Origin: Deltaproteobacteria bacterium
GTDB lineage: Bacteria; Myxococcota; UBA727; VGSZ01
Length of the DNA: 64,000 nucleotides
NCBI GenBank assembly: GCA_016177705.1
Contig: JACOUT010000002.1
Location: 213,604 to 277,603 of the forward strand
Reading direction: 5' to 3'
This document shows positions 1 to 9,873 of this stretch, one piece after another. The position numbers and the translations under genes were made by a program. Under the pieces are notes generated by a model. It saw only the letters and a list, made by a program, of their open reading frames with translations. It did no database searches and was not told the origin of the DNA. Numbering within the stretch: position 1 is the first letter of the stretch; each line of letters opens with the position of its first letter.

Positions 1-58
1 GGCGGCGGGCAGGAGCGCACCGTCAAGGCGACGATCCACCTGGCAGAGTGACCTTGCC

Positions 59-1810
59 GTGACCCTGCAAGCGCGTGGCGCCGTCGACGACGTGTGGCCG
101 CGCTCCTCGGTGCTGCCCTGGACCGTGTTGGTCTGGGCCGCGCTCGCCGCAGCGATCGCTGCGGCGCCGGCGCGTGCCCAGACCTTCACCTGCGGAGACG
201 AGCACCTCGGCACCGAGGACGGCTGCGACTGCGGCTGCGGCGCGCTCGATCCGGACTGCGGCGCAGCACCGATCGCGCTCTCCCGCTGTGACTACGACGG
301 CTGCGCCGCGGGCCTGGTGCCGAGCGGCGCCGACCCCACGGTGTGCGTCGCCAACGCGTGCGGCGACGGCTACGTCGGCGGCGGCGAGGCCTGCGACGAC
401 GGCAACACCACCGACGACGGCGGCTGCGCACCCGACTGCACGCGCGCGCTCACCGGCTGGCTGTGCGGACCGCGTGGCGAAGGGTGCCGCAGGGAGCGCT
501 GCGGCGACGGCCTGCGCACCGCCTCCGAGCGCTGCGACGACGGCAACGCACAGGCGGGTGACGGCTGCGCGCCCGACTGCACCGACGAGCCCGGCTTCGT
601 CTGCTACGAGGGCCAGCCCTGCCGCCCCACCTTCTGTGGCGACCTGTACGCCGACTACGACCCCTACACGCGGACCGGCGAGACCTGCGACGACGGCAAC
701 AACGTTGCAGGCGACGGCTGCGACGACTGCGAGGCCGAGCCCGGCTGGTACTGCCCGCTGTGGGGCGGCACCTGCATGCGCTCGGACTGCGGCAACGGCG
801 TCGTCGAGGGCGACCCCTACTACCGGGTGGGCGAGACCTGCGACGACATGAACGACGATCCGAACGACGGCTGCGACCAGTGCGTTGCCGCGCCCGACGC
901 CATCTGCTGGAGCGGGCCGTGCCATTACGTCGCCTGTGGCGACGGCATCATCGACAACGACGGCGTCATCGCCTTCGAGGCGTGCGACGACGGCAACGCC
1001 ACGGGCAACGACGGCTGCTCGGGCACCTGCCAACTCGAGCCCGGTTATGACTGCATCTCGGTACCGCCGGGACAACCCTGCGTCGAGGTGCAGTGCGGCG
1101 ACGGCATCCTCAGCTACGACCAATTCGGCTACTACGAGGCCTGCGACGACGGCAACGAAGTCGGTGGCGACGGCTGTGACGCCAACTGCTCCTTCGTCGA
1201 GCAGGGTTTCATCTGCGACGCGCCGGGCCAGCCGTGCCGCGAGCCCGTGTGCGGCGACGGCTTCGCCGATCGCGACCCGATCTGGGGCACCATCTTCGAG
1301 GAGTGCGACGACGGCAACACCGCGAGCGGCGACGGTTGCTCGTCGTCGTGCGAGCCGGAGCCGGGCTTCGAGTGCATCACCGAGGGTCAGCCGTGCATCG
1401 ACCTGCCCGCCGGCTGGGTGTGCAGCGGCGCCTTCTTCGGCGCCGGCGACGGCTGCGACTGCGGTTGCGGCCGCGCCGACCCGGACTGCGACGCCGCCAC
1501 CGAGTCGGCCTGCGACTTCAACCACTGCTTCGAAGAGCCGGAGGAGGCGATCGACCCCTGCGATCCCTCGCAGTGCGTCACCGCCGAGGAGGCGGAAGAG
1601 GCGCGCTGCTCCGTCGATGGCGGTGACGACGATGACATTCCCGGCGCGCCGCCGCTGCGCTGCGACGAGCACGTCGCGGGTCGCGGCGCGCCCTCGGCGG
1701 CGCTCCTTCTCCTCGTGCTGGTAGCTGCGGCCGGCGCCCGACCGCGACCGCGGCGGACGGGCTATGCCGCGCGCGCCACCGACGCCACGGCCTCGACCGC
1801 GGGCCGCTGA
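59..1810 (+). CDS. Secreted cysteine-rich repeat protein (myxobacterial CGDG…CDDGN…DGC repeat type) with a hydrophobic, Arg-rich C-terminal tail
   Basis: N-terminal signal peptide (VLPWTVLVWAALAAAIAAAPARAQ). At least 10 tandem repeats of C-G-D-G-x(n)-E-x-C-D-D-G-N-x(4)-D-G-C. The C-terminus (GAPSAALLLLVLVAAAGARPRPRR) resembles a MYXO-CTERM sorting tail. Strong GC3 bias. Confidence 0.6.
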   Translation: MTLQARGAVDDVWPRSSVLPWTVLVWAALAAAIAAAPARAQTFTCGDEHLGTEDGCDCGCGALDPDCGAAPIALSRCDYDGCAAGLVPSGADPTVCVANACGDGYVGGGEACDDGNTTDDGGCAPDCTRALTGWLCGPRGEGCRRERCGDGLRTASERCDDGNAQAGDGCAPDCTDEPGFVCYEGQPCRPTFCGDLYADYDPYTRTGETCDDGNNVAGDGCDDCEAEPGWYCPLWGGTCMRSDCGNGVVEGDPYYRVGETCDDMNDDPNDGCDQCVAAPDAICWSGPCHYVACGDGIIDNDGVIAFEACDDGNATGNDGCSGTCQLEPGYDCISVPPGQPCVEVQCGDGILSYDQFGYYEACDDGNEVGGDGCDANCSFVEQGFICDAPGQPCREPVCGDGFADRDPIWGTIFEECDDGNTASGDGCSSSCEPEPGFECITEGQPCIDLPAGWVCSGAFFGAGDGCDCGCGRADPDCDAATESACDFNHCFEEPEEAIDPCDPSQCVTAEEAEEARCSVDGGDDDDIPGAPPLRCDEHVAGRGAPSAALLLLVLVAAAGARPRPRRTGYAARATDATASTAGR

Positions 1811-2535
1811 TCGAGCGGAAGCGCGGCGGCCATGACGCGCTCGACCTCGGCGATGTGCTGATCGAGCGTCTCGCGCCGCCACGCGCTGGTGTCGATGGGC
1901 GGCAAGAAGGTGACCTCGACATCGGCGCGCGCCAGGCGCAACGAGCGCGCCTCCCAGGCGCGGTGCGAGCCGGCGATCACCATGGGCACGATGGGCAGGC
2001 CCGTCTCGAGCGCGACATGGAAGGCGCCCTTCTTGAAGGGCCGCAGCCGACCGTCGCGTGAGCGGTGCCCCTCGGGCCAGATGAAGATCGAGAGCGCGTA
2101 CCGCTTCACCAACTCGGCAAGTGAGCGCAGCGAGGCGACCGCGCGCTCGTGATTGCCGCGATCGATGCGCAGGTGGCCCGCGAGCACGAAGAACTGACCG
2201 AAGAAGGGGTAGAAGATGATCTCCTTCTTGGCGACGCCGCAGGTGCCGGTGGGTGACAGCCAGGCGCCCAGGAAGATGTCGACCATCGAGGCGTGGTTGG
2301 CGACGTAGATGGCCGGACGAGCAGGGTTGGCGTGCTCGCGGCCCTCGATGGTGTAGCGGCTGCCGGTGAGCCAGGCGCAGCCCTTGCCGATGAAGCTGCC
2401 GTAGACGTTGCCGACCTTGATGCGCGCGGCGCGCGACGGCAGCAGCACGAACAGCGCCACCGTGAAGGCGAGCGAGCACAGCAAGACCCACAGCAGGCCG
2501 ATGCCGATGCGCAGCACCGTCTCGGCCAGGCTCAT
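1762..2535 (-). CDS. plsC: 1-acyl-sn-glycerol-3-phosphate acyltransferase (PlsC family lysophospholipid acyltransferase)
   Basis: NHASMVD (NHxxxxD) and IWPEGHRS (FPEG-like) acyltransferase motifs. N-terminal transmembrane segment. The start is placed at the internal Met (MSLAETV); the longest ORF runs to 2628. Confidence 0.65.
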   Translation of the reverse strand: MSLAETVLRIGIGLLWVLLCSLAFTVALFVLLPSRAARIKVGNVYGSFIGKGCAWLTGSRYTIEGREHANPARPAIYVANHASMVDIFLGAWLSPTGTCGVAKKEIIFYPFFGQFFVLAGHLRIDRGNHERAVASLRSLAELVKRYALSIFIWPEGHRSRDGRLRPFKKGAFHVALETGLPIVPMVIAGSHRAWEARSLRLARADVEVTFLPPIDTSAWRRETLDQHIAEVERVMAAALPLDQRPAVEAVASVARAA

Positions 2536-2705
2536 GGGTCCGCGCACCAGCGTCGCGGGCCCGAGCACCTCGCGCGCGGGCGCGGGCGCGGCGGAAAACG
2601 GTCGGCTGAGCGGCGCGGCGTGGGACACGAGAACCTCCCGGTCCTCGGACCATGCGCGCCCCGCGTCATGGCGTCGTCACGATGACGCGCCGCGTAGCGA
2701 CCTGA

Positions 2706-3605
2706 TCAGTTGCGGCACTCGCTGTCGCGGCAGGTCGGCTCCGTGGCGGGGCAGTCCTCGTCGACGCGGCACTGCTCGCACTTGGCGTCGACGCACACGG
2801 GGCGGTCGGCGTCCTGCACGCAGTCCGTGTCGGCGCGGCACTCCTCGCAGCGCTGGTCGACGCACACCGGCTTGTCGGCATCGGTGGTGCAGCTCGCGTC
2901 CTGCACGCACTCGACGCACGCGCCGCTGGCGACGTCGCAAGCGGGGCGATCGCCGCCACAACCGGCGTCGCTGGTGCAGGGCGCGAAGCACTCGAGGTCG
3001 GCGCCGCACAGGCCGTCGGACGGGCAGTCGGTGTTCTGCACGCACTCGCGGCACTCGCCTGTGACGCAGAAGGGCGCTGCCACGCCGCAGTCGTCGTTGC
3101 TCAAGCAGCGCTCGCAGCGGCCGGTCGGGCTGCACAGCGGGCCGTCGGCGCCGACGCAATCGTCCGCGAGCACGCACTCGACGCAGGCGGCGTACACCGG
3201 GTGACACACGCCACCGCCGCAGCTCGTGTCGTCCACGCAGGCCTCGACACACTCACCGCGCGGCGAGCAGCTAGGCGCCGCAGCGCCGCAGTCGTCGGCG
3301 GTGCGACACGCCGCGCAGCGGGCCTCGGAGGTACAGAACGGCTCGCCGGCCGGGCAGTCGGCGTCGCTGGCGCACTGCCCGCACATGCCGTTGGCGGCGC
3401 AGATCTCACCGCCGCAGCCCTGGTCCGCCTGGCACTCCACGCAGAAGCCCGCCGAACACAGCGGCGTCATGCCACCGCAGTCCTCGACCGCCGCGCAGGT
3501 GGCGCCGAGGCCGATGGTGCCGGCAGGGGTCGGATCGCCGCTGTCGGCAGGATCGGTGGGGCAACCTAGCACGAGCACGACGGCGAGCAGTCCAAGCCAA
3601 CGCAT
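2706..3605 (-). CDS. Cys-rich repeat lipoprotein (about 12 repeats of C-x-E-C-x2-D-x-D-C…P-x-C)
   Basis: Signal peptide plus lipobox (MRWLGLLAVVLVLGC). Regular roughly 24-aa repeats with conserved Cys spacing (CVECQADQGC…, CRECVQNTDC…, CEECRADTDC…, CEQCRVDEDC…). Confidence 0.6.
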   Translation of the reverse strand: MRWLGLLAVVLVLGCPTDPADSGDPTPAGTIGLGATCAAVEDCGGMTPLCSAGFCVECQADQGCGGEICAANGMCGQCASDADCPAGEPFCTSEARCAACRTADDCGAAAPSCSPRGECVEACVDDTSCGGGVCHPVYAACVECVLADDCVGADGPLCSPTGRCERCLSNDDCGVAAPFCVTGECRECVQNTDCPSDGLCGADLECFAPCTSDAGCGGDRPACDVASGACVECVQDASCTTDADKPVCVDQRCEECRADTDCVQDADRPVCVDAKCEQCRVDEDCPATEPTCRDSECRN

Positions 3606-3648
3606 GGGGACCTCCCACTGCTGCTACGTGCGCGGCCGAGGCGCGCGA

Positions 3649-4977
3649 TCACGCCGAGGTAGGGGCGTGTCGCAGGCGCCGCAGTACGACTCGCGCGCAG
3701 ATGGCGAGCACGAGCGCCATGCTCCACCAAAGCATGGCGCGCGCAGTATTCGGAGCGGTCGACGCGCACGCGCAGCCGACGTCGGTCGGCGACCCGCGCG
3801 CACTGTCCACCTCGCCGTCATCGTCGCTCGTGTCCGGCCCGACGCCTGCGTCCGGCTCGGGCTCGCGCGGACTGCCGGCGTCGGCGTCCACGGGCGGCAC
3901 GCCGCCGTCGACGTCGTCCTGCGGCGGCGGCGACATCGGCGAGTGGCAGCCGGTGTCGTCCCAGGTGCGGCCGAGCGCCACCGCGTGCTCGAGGTCCTGG
4001 CGCAGCGGTGCCGAGCAGCCGATGCAGAAGTCGCGGCCGCTGCCGTCGTCATTGCTGGTCCAGCGGTAGGGCGTTACCGCGCGGATCACCTGGTGCGGGT
4101 TCGCCTGGTTCCAGGAGAACACCTCCTCGTACAGCGCGACGAAGTAGCCGACGTCCTCGTCTCTGTAGGGGTCGCAAGGAGGGTCGCAGGCGCTGCCGGC
4201 CTCGGTGATGTAGAGCGGCAGGTCGAACAGCCCTCGCGCGGCGAGCAGCTCCGTGGTGTCGCGGTAGCCGCGGAAGTGCAGGCGCCACTTGCCCTCGCGG
4301 CCGGGGAACCACTCGTCGGAGGTGACGGCGGCGACGCTCATCTCGCGCGTGTAGGCGTGGATGGCCACGCCGTCGACGTCGCCACCTTGCGCGCGCACGC
4401 GGTCGATGGCGGCGGCCAGGCCGTCGTCCCAATCGCCCCAGTGATCGGTCCACGCCCACGGCGACATTGGCGCGAACAGGATCTCGTGCTCGCCGGCGTT
4501 CGGCAGCGCAGCGACCTGCTCTTGCACGGCCAGGTAGACGTCGGCGTACTCGGCCGGCGTGTAGGGGTAGCCCCAGCCGATGTTCGGCTCGTTGCCGACG
4601 ATCCACACCTTGACGCCGACGGCGTCGCGCACACAGCGCGCGAACTTGGCGGCGTAGCCGGCGACCGCCTCGGGCGTCGTCGGCAGCGGCGGTCCGCCGC
4701 CCCAGTCGAGCCGCAGGATGACGCCGTAGCCCTGGTCCGCGAGGCGCGAGTGCTCGATGGCGCAGTCGCCGCTGTCGCCGATGTACTCGAGCAGCGTGAC
4801 CCAGCCGCGAGCGCAGCCGCCCTCGGAGGGGAACAGCGACAGCTCGGGTTCATCGTGCATGCCGTAGAGGTACGGGCTCATGCCGGTCGGCACCGCCAAC
4901 GACGGCGCTGCGACGAGCGCGGCCACGAGCGCCGGGCCGAGCAGGTGCGGCGCTCGTGCTCGATCAATGAAAAACAT
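3649..4977 (-). CDS. Secreted glycoside hydrolase (GH-A clan, GH5-like) with a MYXO-CTERM sorting tail
   Basis: Signal peptide. WIVGNEPN (acid/base NEP motif) and LYITEAG (nucleophile TE motif). C-terminal GCACAS… followed by a hydrophobic helix and RRLRH, as in MYXO-CTERM. Confidence 0.6.
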   Translation of the reverse strand: MFFIDRARAPHLLGPALVAALVAAPSLAVPTGMSPYLYGMHDEPELSLFPSEGGCARGWVTLLEYIGDSGDCAIEHSRLADQGYGVILRLDWGGGPPLPTTPEAVAGYAAKFARCVRDAVGVKVWIVGNEPNIGWGYPYTPAEYADVYLAVQEQVAALPNAGEHEILFAPMSPWAWTDHWGDWDDGLAAAIDRVRAQGGDVDGVAIHAYTREMSVAAVTSDEWFPGREGKWRLHFRGYRDTTELLAARGLFDLPLYITEAGSACDPPCDPYRDEDVGYFVALYEEVFSWNQANPHQVIRAVTPYRWTSNDDGSGRDFCIGCSAPLRQDLEHAVALGRTWDDTGCHSPMSPPPQDDVDGGVPPVDADAGSPREPEPDAGVGPDTSDDDGEVDSARGSPTDVGCACASTAPNTARAMLWWSMALVLAICARVVLRRLRHAPTSA

Positions 4978-5083
4978 TCGTTTTTTCTCGCGGGATGCGC
5001 GGCCGGGGTCAATCCCCCCTCTGGCGCCGCGCGCGCGCGTTCCCTACAACACCGAGGTCACCCGACGCGGAGAGCCAAGCGCC

Positions 5084-5314
5084 ATGCCCATCTACGAGTA
5101 CGTCTGCAAGAAGTGCCAACACGGCTTCGAGGCGCTGGTCGACTCGAGCGGCAAGGCCGCCTGCCCCAAGTGCGCGAGCGAGGAGCTCGACAAGCAGCTC
5201 TCGGTCTTCGCCGCCGGCAAGGCGAGCGCGGGCGCTGAGGCGTGCTCGCCGATGGGCGGCTGCGGCGGCTGCATGGACCCGCGCGGGCCGGGCGCCTGCC
5301 GTCTGGCCAACTGA
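5084..5314 (+). CDS. FmdB-family zinc-ribbon putative regulatory protein
   Basis: [19 protein letters not shown]…CPKC: two CxxC pairs on the FmdB/zinc-ribbon pattern. Start at the internal ATG at 5084; the longer upstream ORF extension is discussed in findings. Confidence 0.6.
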   Translation: MPIYEYVCKKCQHGFEALVDSSGKAACPKCASEELDKQLSVFAAGKASAGAEACSPMGGCGGCMDPRGPGACRLAN

Positions 5315-5721
5315 TGGGCGCCGACGGGCCCGTCGCACGCCACGTGCTGACCATCCTGGCGGTACCGGAGCTGGCGCCCGCGGCTGCGTTCTATCGCGCC
5401 GCGTTCGGCTTCGACGTCGAGGTCGAGACGCCGGTCTACTGCGAGCTGCGCATGCCGGGCGGGCAGCGGCTCGGTCTCTACCAGCGCGACGGCTTCGGGC
5501 GAAACACCGGCGCCGTGCCGGCGGCCATTCCGCGGGGCGAGCTGGCGCCCTGCGAGCTGTACTTCCATACCGACGACGTCGACGCGGCCGCCGCGCGCCT
5601 GACGGGCGCGGGCGCGCGTCTGCTGTCGCCGCGCGCGGTCCGTCCATGGGGCGACGAGGCCGCGTACTTCGCGGACCCGAACGGCAACGTGCTGGTGGTG
5701 GCGCGGCCGATCGCGCGCTGA
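5314..5721 (+). CDS. VOC-family protein (glyoxalase / bleomycin-resistance fold)
   Basis: Pattern typical of glyoxalase-like proteins (FGF…E.Y…DPNGN.L…). Its start overlaps the FmdB stop (TGATG). Confidence 0.55.
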   Translation: MGADGPVARHVLTILAVPELAPAAAFYRAAFGFDVEVETPVYCELRMPGGQRLGLYQRDGFGRNTGAVPAAIPRGELAPCELYFHTDDVDAAAARLTGAGARLLSPRAVRPWGDEAAYFADPNGNVLVVARPIAR

Positions 5722-5727
5722 CGGCGA

Positions 5728-6513
5728 TCAGTAGGCCAAGGGCGGCGCTGGCGCGGGCCGCTCTGCCGCCACAGGTGGCGCGATCTCTTGTTGCGGCGCG
5801 GGCGGCGCGGGCGGCGCGGGCACGGGCACGGGCACGGGCACGGGGGGCGATGCCGGCGCGTCGGCAGGGACATCGAGGAACGCGGCCCCCGCCCCGCCGC
5901 CAGCACCACCGCACGCCGCGCCTGCGCAGAAGCCGCCGAACATCACCGACAGCGCCGCCGACAGCCCGACCATCGACAGGATGCACCCCTCCGGCGACGG
6001 CTCACCGATGGCTGCGCCGAGCGCCTTGGTCGCCTCCCACGTGAGCCACGCGCCGGGTACCGCGGCCGCGGCCCCCGCGACGGTCGCGCCGCCCGTGGCG
6101 CCGAGGCCGCCCGCGACCGACAGCGGCTCACCGAGCACCACCGGCGAGAGCAGCGCGCCGAGGCCCGCGCCGGCGATGGTCAGCACCACCGGTGTGCCGA
6201 TGGCGACCGTCAGGCCCTCGGCGATGGGCGGCTCGCGCCGCGCCAAGGGGTAGACGCCGCCCGCGAGCGCGGCGCCGACCGAGAAGCCCGCCGCCGCGCC
6301 GAGCGCGCCGCCGACCGCGACCGCGCCGACGTGCAGCGCGGTGCGCGTGACGTCGTCGTCCTCGTCGGCCCCGTCGCTCTCGCCGCGGTCGACGGGGGTT
6401 GGCGGGGGAGGCGCGCCGCCCTCGTCGGCGCGGCACGGCAGCGCGCCGACGAGCAGGAGCGGCACGAGCGCAGTCGCGAGGGCCGTGGTGGTGGGACGGG
6501 GCAGGCTGCGCAT
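5728..6513 (-). CDS. Gly/Ala-rich secreted or membrane protein with a (VP)n/(AP)n C-terminal tail
   Basis: Signal-like N-terminus (MRSLPRPTTTALATALVPLLLVGALPC). Long GxxxG/Ala-rich hydrophobic stretches. C-terminal PVPVPVPVPAPPAPPAP. Codon bias favours the minus strand here. Confidence 0.45.
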   Translation of the reverse strand: MRSLPRPTTTALATALVPLLLVGALPCRADEGGAPPPPTPVDRGESDGADEDDDVTRTALHVGAVAVGGALGAAAGFSVGAALAGGVYPLARREPPIAEGLTVAIGTPVVLTIAGAGLGALLSPVVLGEPLSVAGGLGATGGATVAGAAAAVPGAWLTWEATKALGAAIGEPSPEGCILSMVGLSAALSVMFGGFCAGAACGGAGGGAGAAFLDVPADAPASPPVPVPVPVPAPPAPPAPQQEIAPPVAAERPAPAPPLAY

Positions 6514-6648
6514 CGTTCGCTCCGGTTCGATGCAAAACGTTCGTTTTTTTCGTGTCATGTCAATCGCCTCGCGCGCAAAGGCGCCGTCGGTGTGGCCGGG
6601 CTCACAGCGCCCTTGCCTGCGGTGGCGGGGCGCGCGCAATGTCGGCCC

Positions 6649-7908
6649 ATGGACCAGGCGCTGCTGGCGCGCTTCGCGCTCGATCCGGCCGTCACCTTCT
6701 TGAACCACGGCTCCTTCGGCGCCTGCCCGCGCGACGTGCTGGCAGTGCAGAGCGAGCTGCGCGAGCGCATGGAGCGCCAGCCGGTGCGCTTCTTCGCGCG
6801 CGAGCTGCCGGTACTTCTCGACGACGCGCGCGCGCCGCTCGCGCGCTTCCTGCACACCGCGCCCGAGCGCCTCGCCTTCGTGCCCAATGCGACCGCCGCC
6901 GTGAACGCGGTGCTGCGCTGGCTGCCGCTGTCGCCGGGGGACGAGCTGCTCACCACCGACCACATCTACAACGCGTGCAACAACGTACTCGAGGAGGCGG
7001 CGCGACACGCCGGCGCGCGCGTGGTGACGGCGCACGTGCCCTTCCCGCTCGCCAGCGACGACGACGTGGTAGCGCCGGTTTTGGCCGCGGTCACGCCGCG
7101 CACGCGCCTGGCCTTGCTCGATCACGTCACCAGCCCGACCGGCCTGGTGTTCCCGGTGGCGCGACTGGTGCGCGAGCTGCGCGCGCGCGGCGTCGAGTGC
7201 CTGGTCGACGCCGCGCATGCGCCCGGCCAGGTGCCGCTCGACGTCGACGCCATCGGCGCCGCCTGGCTCACCGGCAACTGCCACAAGTGGCTGTTCGCGC
7301 CCAAGGGCGCCGCGTTCCTAGCGGTGCGCGCCGACAAGCTCGAGGGCACGCGGCCCGCCGTGCTGTCGCACGGCGCCAACGCGCCGCCGGGCGCGCGCTC
7401 GCGCTTTCAGCTCGAGTTCGACTGGGTCGGCACCGTCGACCCGACGCCGTGGCTGGCGGTGCCGGCGGGGCTCTCCTTCGGCGAGCGGCTGTTCGAGGGC
7501 GGCTGGCCGGCGCTGATGGCGAGGAACCACGCGTTGGCGGTGGAGGCACGCGCGCTCTTGTGCACGGCGCTCGGCGTGCCCGAGCCTGCACCTGCCGCGA
7601 TGATCGGCGCGCTCGCGTCGGTGCCGCTGCCTGATGGCGACGGCACCACCGAGGGACCGCTCTACGGCGATCCGCTGCAGCGCGCGCTCGCCGAGCAGCA
7701 CGCCATCGAGGTGCCCATCGTGCCCTGGCCCCAGCCGCCGAGGCCGCGAGCTTCGCTCGCTCGCCATGGGCGGCCGTGCAGCGCAGCGCGGCCGCGGCGC
7801 TTGGTGCGCATCTCGGCGCAGGCCTACAACACGATCGAGCAGTACCGCAGGCTCGCCGACGCGCTCATCGCGTTGGTCGGTCGGGCTCGTGAGGCGCCGA
7901 CACGCTGA
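6649..7908 (+). CDS. Class V aminotransferase (isopenicillin-N epimerase / cysteine desulfurase-like, PLP-dependent)
   Basis: FLNHGSFGACP… N-terminus and typical fold-type I residues (…LVDAAHAPGQVPLDV…GNCHKWL…RISAQAYN…). Start at the ATG at 6649. Confidence 0.7.
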   Translation: MDQALLARFALDPAVTFLNHGSFGACPRDVLAVQSELRERMERQPVRFFARELPVLLDDARAPLARFLHTAPERLAFVPNATAAVNAVLRWLPLSPGDELLTTDHIYNACNNVLEEAARHAGARVVTAHVPFPLASDDDVVAPVLAAVTPRTRLALLDHVTSPTGLVFPVARLVRELRARGVECLVDAAHAPGQVPLDVDAIGAAWLTGNCHKWLFAPKGAAFLAVRADKLEGTRPAVLSHGANAPPGARSRFQLEFDWVGTVDPTPWLAVPAGLSFGERLFEGGWPALMARNHALAVEARALLCTALGVPEPAPAAMIGALASVPLPDGDGTTEGPLYGDPLQRALAEQHAIEVPIVPWPQPPRPRASLARHGRPCSAARPRRLVRISAQAYNTIEQYRRLADALIALVGRAREAPTR

Positions 7909-8035
7909 CGTCGCTCTCTTCGTCCGCACCTCCCGGCACGTCGTCCGCGAGCATCGGGACGTACCGCACGGTTGTGCTGCTGATCTATCTATCGCACGAT
8001 TTGTTGCCGTGGTATTCGCGATTCACGGAGGGACA

Positions 8036-8665
8036 ATGAAACGGATATCGCGTCTACTGATTCTCTTTGGGGCAGCCGGGCTCGCTGCTGGCGCTTCGTT
8101 ACCCCCCCCCCCCGTCGACACGCTGACGCCTGTCGACGGGCTTGGTGAGCCGCCTGGCAACGTCTGCGGCGACGAAGCCGCGCCATCACGAATTGCGGCA
8201 ATCGCCCCACTCGACGAACGCACCTACGACGCCGACGACGAGCCCGTGATGATGGTGGCGGTCGACCCGACCCTCCACTTCTCTGAGCTCGAGGTCCTCG
8301 CGACGCTGATTGACCCGCTCGGCTTCGTCCACGGGACCTTCCAGGTCCCGATCACTTCGCCGTCCGCCGACGCAGGCCTGGTCGAGGTCAAGCTGCCCAT
8401 CTGGCAGCTCTACCGCGGCAAGCCCGCGCTCCTGCACCTCCGCTTGCACGCCGTTGATAATGGCCACGTCGTCGCCAGCAACCACGTGGACGCAATCGCC
8501 CTGCTTCCCGTGGATGGGCTCGTTGCGGTCCTGGACTCCGATAACGCCCTACCGGTTTGGCCCACCGAGCGGACAGGGTCGCCGGCGGGTATCGCGGTTG
8601 TGGAGGACGGCGTAGCGCCGGCCCCGGTCTACGCGACCGAGGACGACGAGGAGGTGACGCCATGA
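8036..8665 (+). CDS. Secreted hypothetical protein, first gene of the accessory three-gene operon
   Basis: Signal peptide MKRISRLLILFGAAGLAAGA. AT-richer upstream region. Its stop overlaps the next start (ATGA). Confidence 0.55.
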   Translation: MKRISRLLILFGAAGLAAGASLPPPPVDTLTPVDGLGEPPGNVCGDEAAPSRIAAIAPLDERTYDADDEPVMMVAVDPTLHFSELEVLATLIDPLGFVHGTFQVPITSPSADAGLVEVKLPIWQLYRGKPALLHLRLHAVDNGHVVASNHVDAIALLPVDGLVAVLDSDNALPVWPTERTGSPAGIAVVEDGVAPAPVYATEDDEEVTP

Positions 8666-9873
8666 GCCTCATCGGCCTCACCGTGCGCGCGCTCTCGACC
8701 AGCACCCCTGCCCTGACGAGCAACGTGCGGCTCTGCTTCAAGGCGGCCGTCGTGTACGATGACGCTGCCCGCAATGACCTCGACGACGGCACCATCGAGG
8801 ACAACTGGGCCAGCGGGTCGTCGCAGACGCTGTTCGGCAGTCGCATCATCGCGACCAGCGGTGGGGTTGCCGTCCCTTTCGATACCCATCTCGGCGACGG
8901 GCTCGGCACCGGTGATCCGGGCTCGGGCTGTACGGCGAGCGTGCCGGTGACCCACTCGGGGCAGTTCTTCTCGGTCAGCTACACCGTCTACAGCAAGGGC
9001 ATCATCCAAGGGAACGAGCTCTACGTCCAGAACGCGGACTCGGGCAACTCCTATGCGAGCTTCCCCGGCACGCTCTACTACAGCTGCGCCGGCGGCGGGT
9101 GCAACCTCGCCACCACCGTCACCATCGCGCCCTCGGGGGCGATGCCGATCGCGATGTGGCAGGTGTACGCGGCCGATGCGTACTCGCTCTTCCGACATGC
9201 CGGCGGCCTAACCAGCAGCATCTTCACGGTGCGCCTGTCCAACGATCCGAACTACGACAGCGAATACAACCGGGGCACTGGCATCATCAGCATCCGACAG
9301 GTGGACGCAAAGGAGCGCTTCACCGATTCCCACGAGTTGGGCCATCGCATCGCCCACTTGAGGGGTTTGCCAACCGGGGACTGCGCCCTTGACGACGCCC
9401 AGTGTCCTTCCATCTCCGGGTCCCACTCCATGGGGTCAGAGGAGCACCAGTCTTGCTCGTTCAGTGAAGGCTTCGCGCATTTCTACGCCGCTGACGTCTG
9501 GAACTCTCACTACCAACAAGACTGCGTCTTCCAGTACTACAAGTACACGTCGCTTCCTGCCGTCGACTGCGAGGCGTCGCCTAACGACCTCTCGGACCCG
9601 GTGTCCTTCCCGCTCGCGATGCTTGAGAACACGTGCGGCAGCGGCATCAACGACCACGGGGTCGAGGTCGACTGGCTCAGGACCTTCTGGGATGTCCACA
9701 CCAACGGCAGCTCGCCTCCGACCTTCAACGACATGATGAACTGGATGCAGAGTGCGTTCTTCATCAACCTCACGCCACCGTTTGACGAGCTCGATGGCGA
9801 GGCCAACGCCGTTGGCGGCACGCTCAACCAGAACTGGGACGCAGCGGCGGACGGCAATGGCATCAATCACTAA
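8662..9873 (+). CDS. HExxH zincin-like putative metallopeptidase (no signal peptide)
   Basis: TDSHELGHRIAH zinc-binding motif with a downstream Glu-containing SEGFAHFY. Rich in Cys, Trp, Asn and Tyr. Lower GC than neighbouring genes. Translationally coupled to the genes on both sides. Confidence 0.5.
   Translation: MSLIGLTVRALSTSTPALTSNVRLCFKAAVVYDDAARNDLDDGTIEDNWASGSSQTLFGSRIIATSGGVAVPFDTHLGDGLGTGDPGSGCTASVPVTHSGQFFSVSYTVYSKGIIQGNELYVQNADSGNSYASFPGTLYYSCAGGGCNLATTVTIAPSGAMPIAMWQVYAADAYSLFRHAGGLTSSIFTVRLSNDPNYDSEYNRGTGIISIRQVDAKERFTDSHELGHRIAHLRGLPTGDCALDDAQCPSISGSHSMGSEEHQSCSFSEGFAHFYAADVWNSHYQQDCVFQYYKYTSLPAVDCEASPNDLSDPVSFPLAMLENTCGSGINDHGVEVDWLRTFWDVHTNGSSPPTFNDMMNWMQSAFFINLTPPFDELDGEANAVGGTLNQNWDAAADGNGINH

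Noticed and set aside
23-2653. 876-aa minus-strand ORF, Arg/Ala/Gly-rich
   Set aside because: It is antisense to the Cys-repeat gene and to plsC. Low-complexity Arg/Ala composition is typical of a shadow ORF in about 70% GC DNA. It has no motifs.
3226-5238. 670-aa plus-strand ORF
   Set aside because: Antisense to the Cys-repeat lipoprotein and the GH gene. The real genes have signal peptides and catalytic motifs on the minus strand.
5788-6648. Upstream 287 codons of the 706-aa ORF containing the aminotransferase
   Set aside because: Arg-rich junk. The real aminotransferase starts at the ATG at 6649. This region is covered by the minus-strand Gly-rich protein and the divergent promoter.
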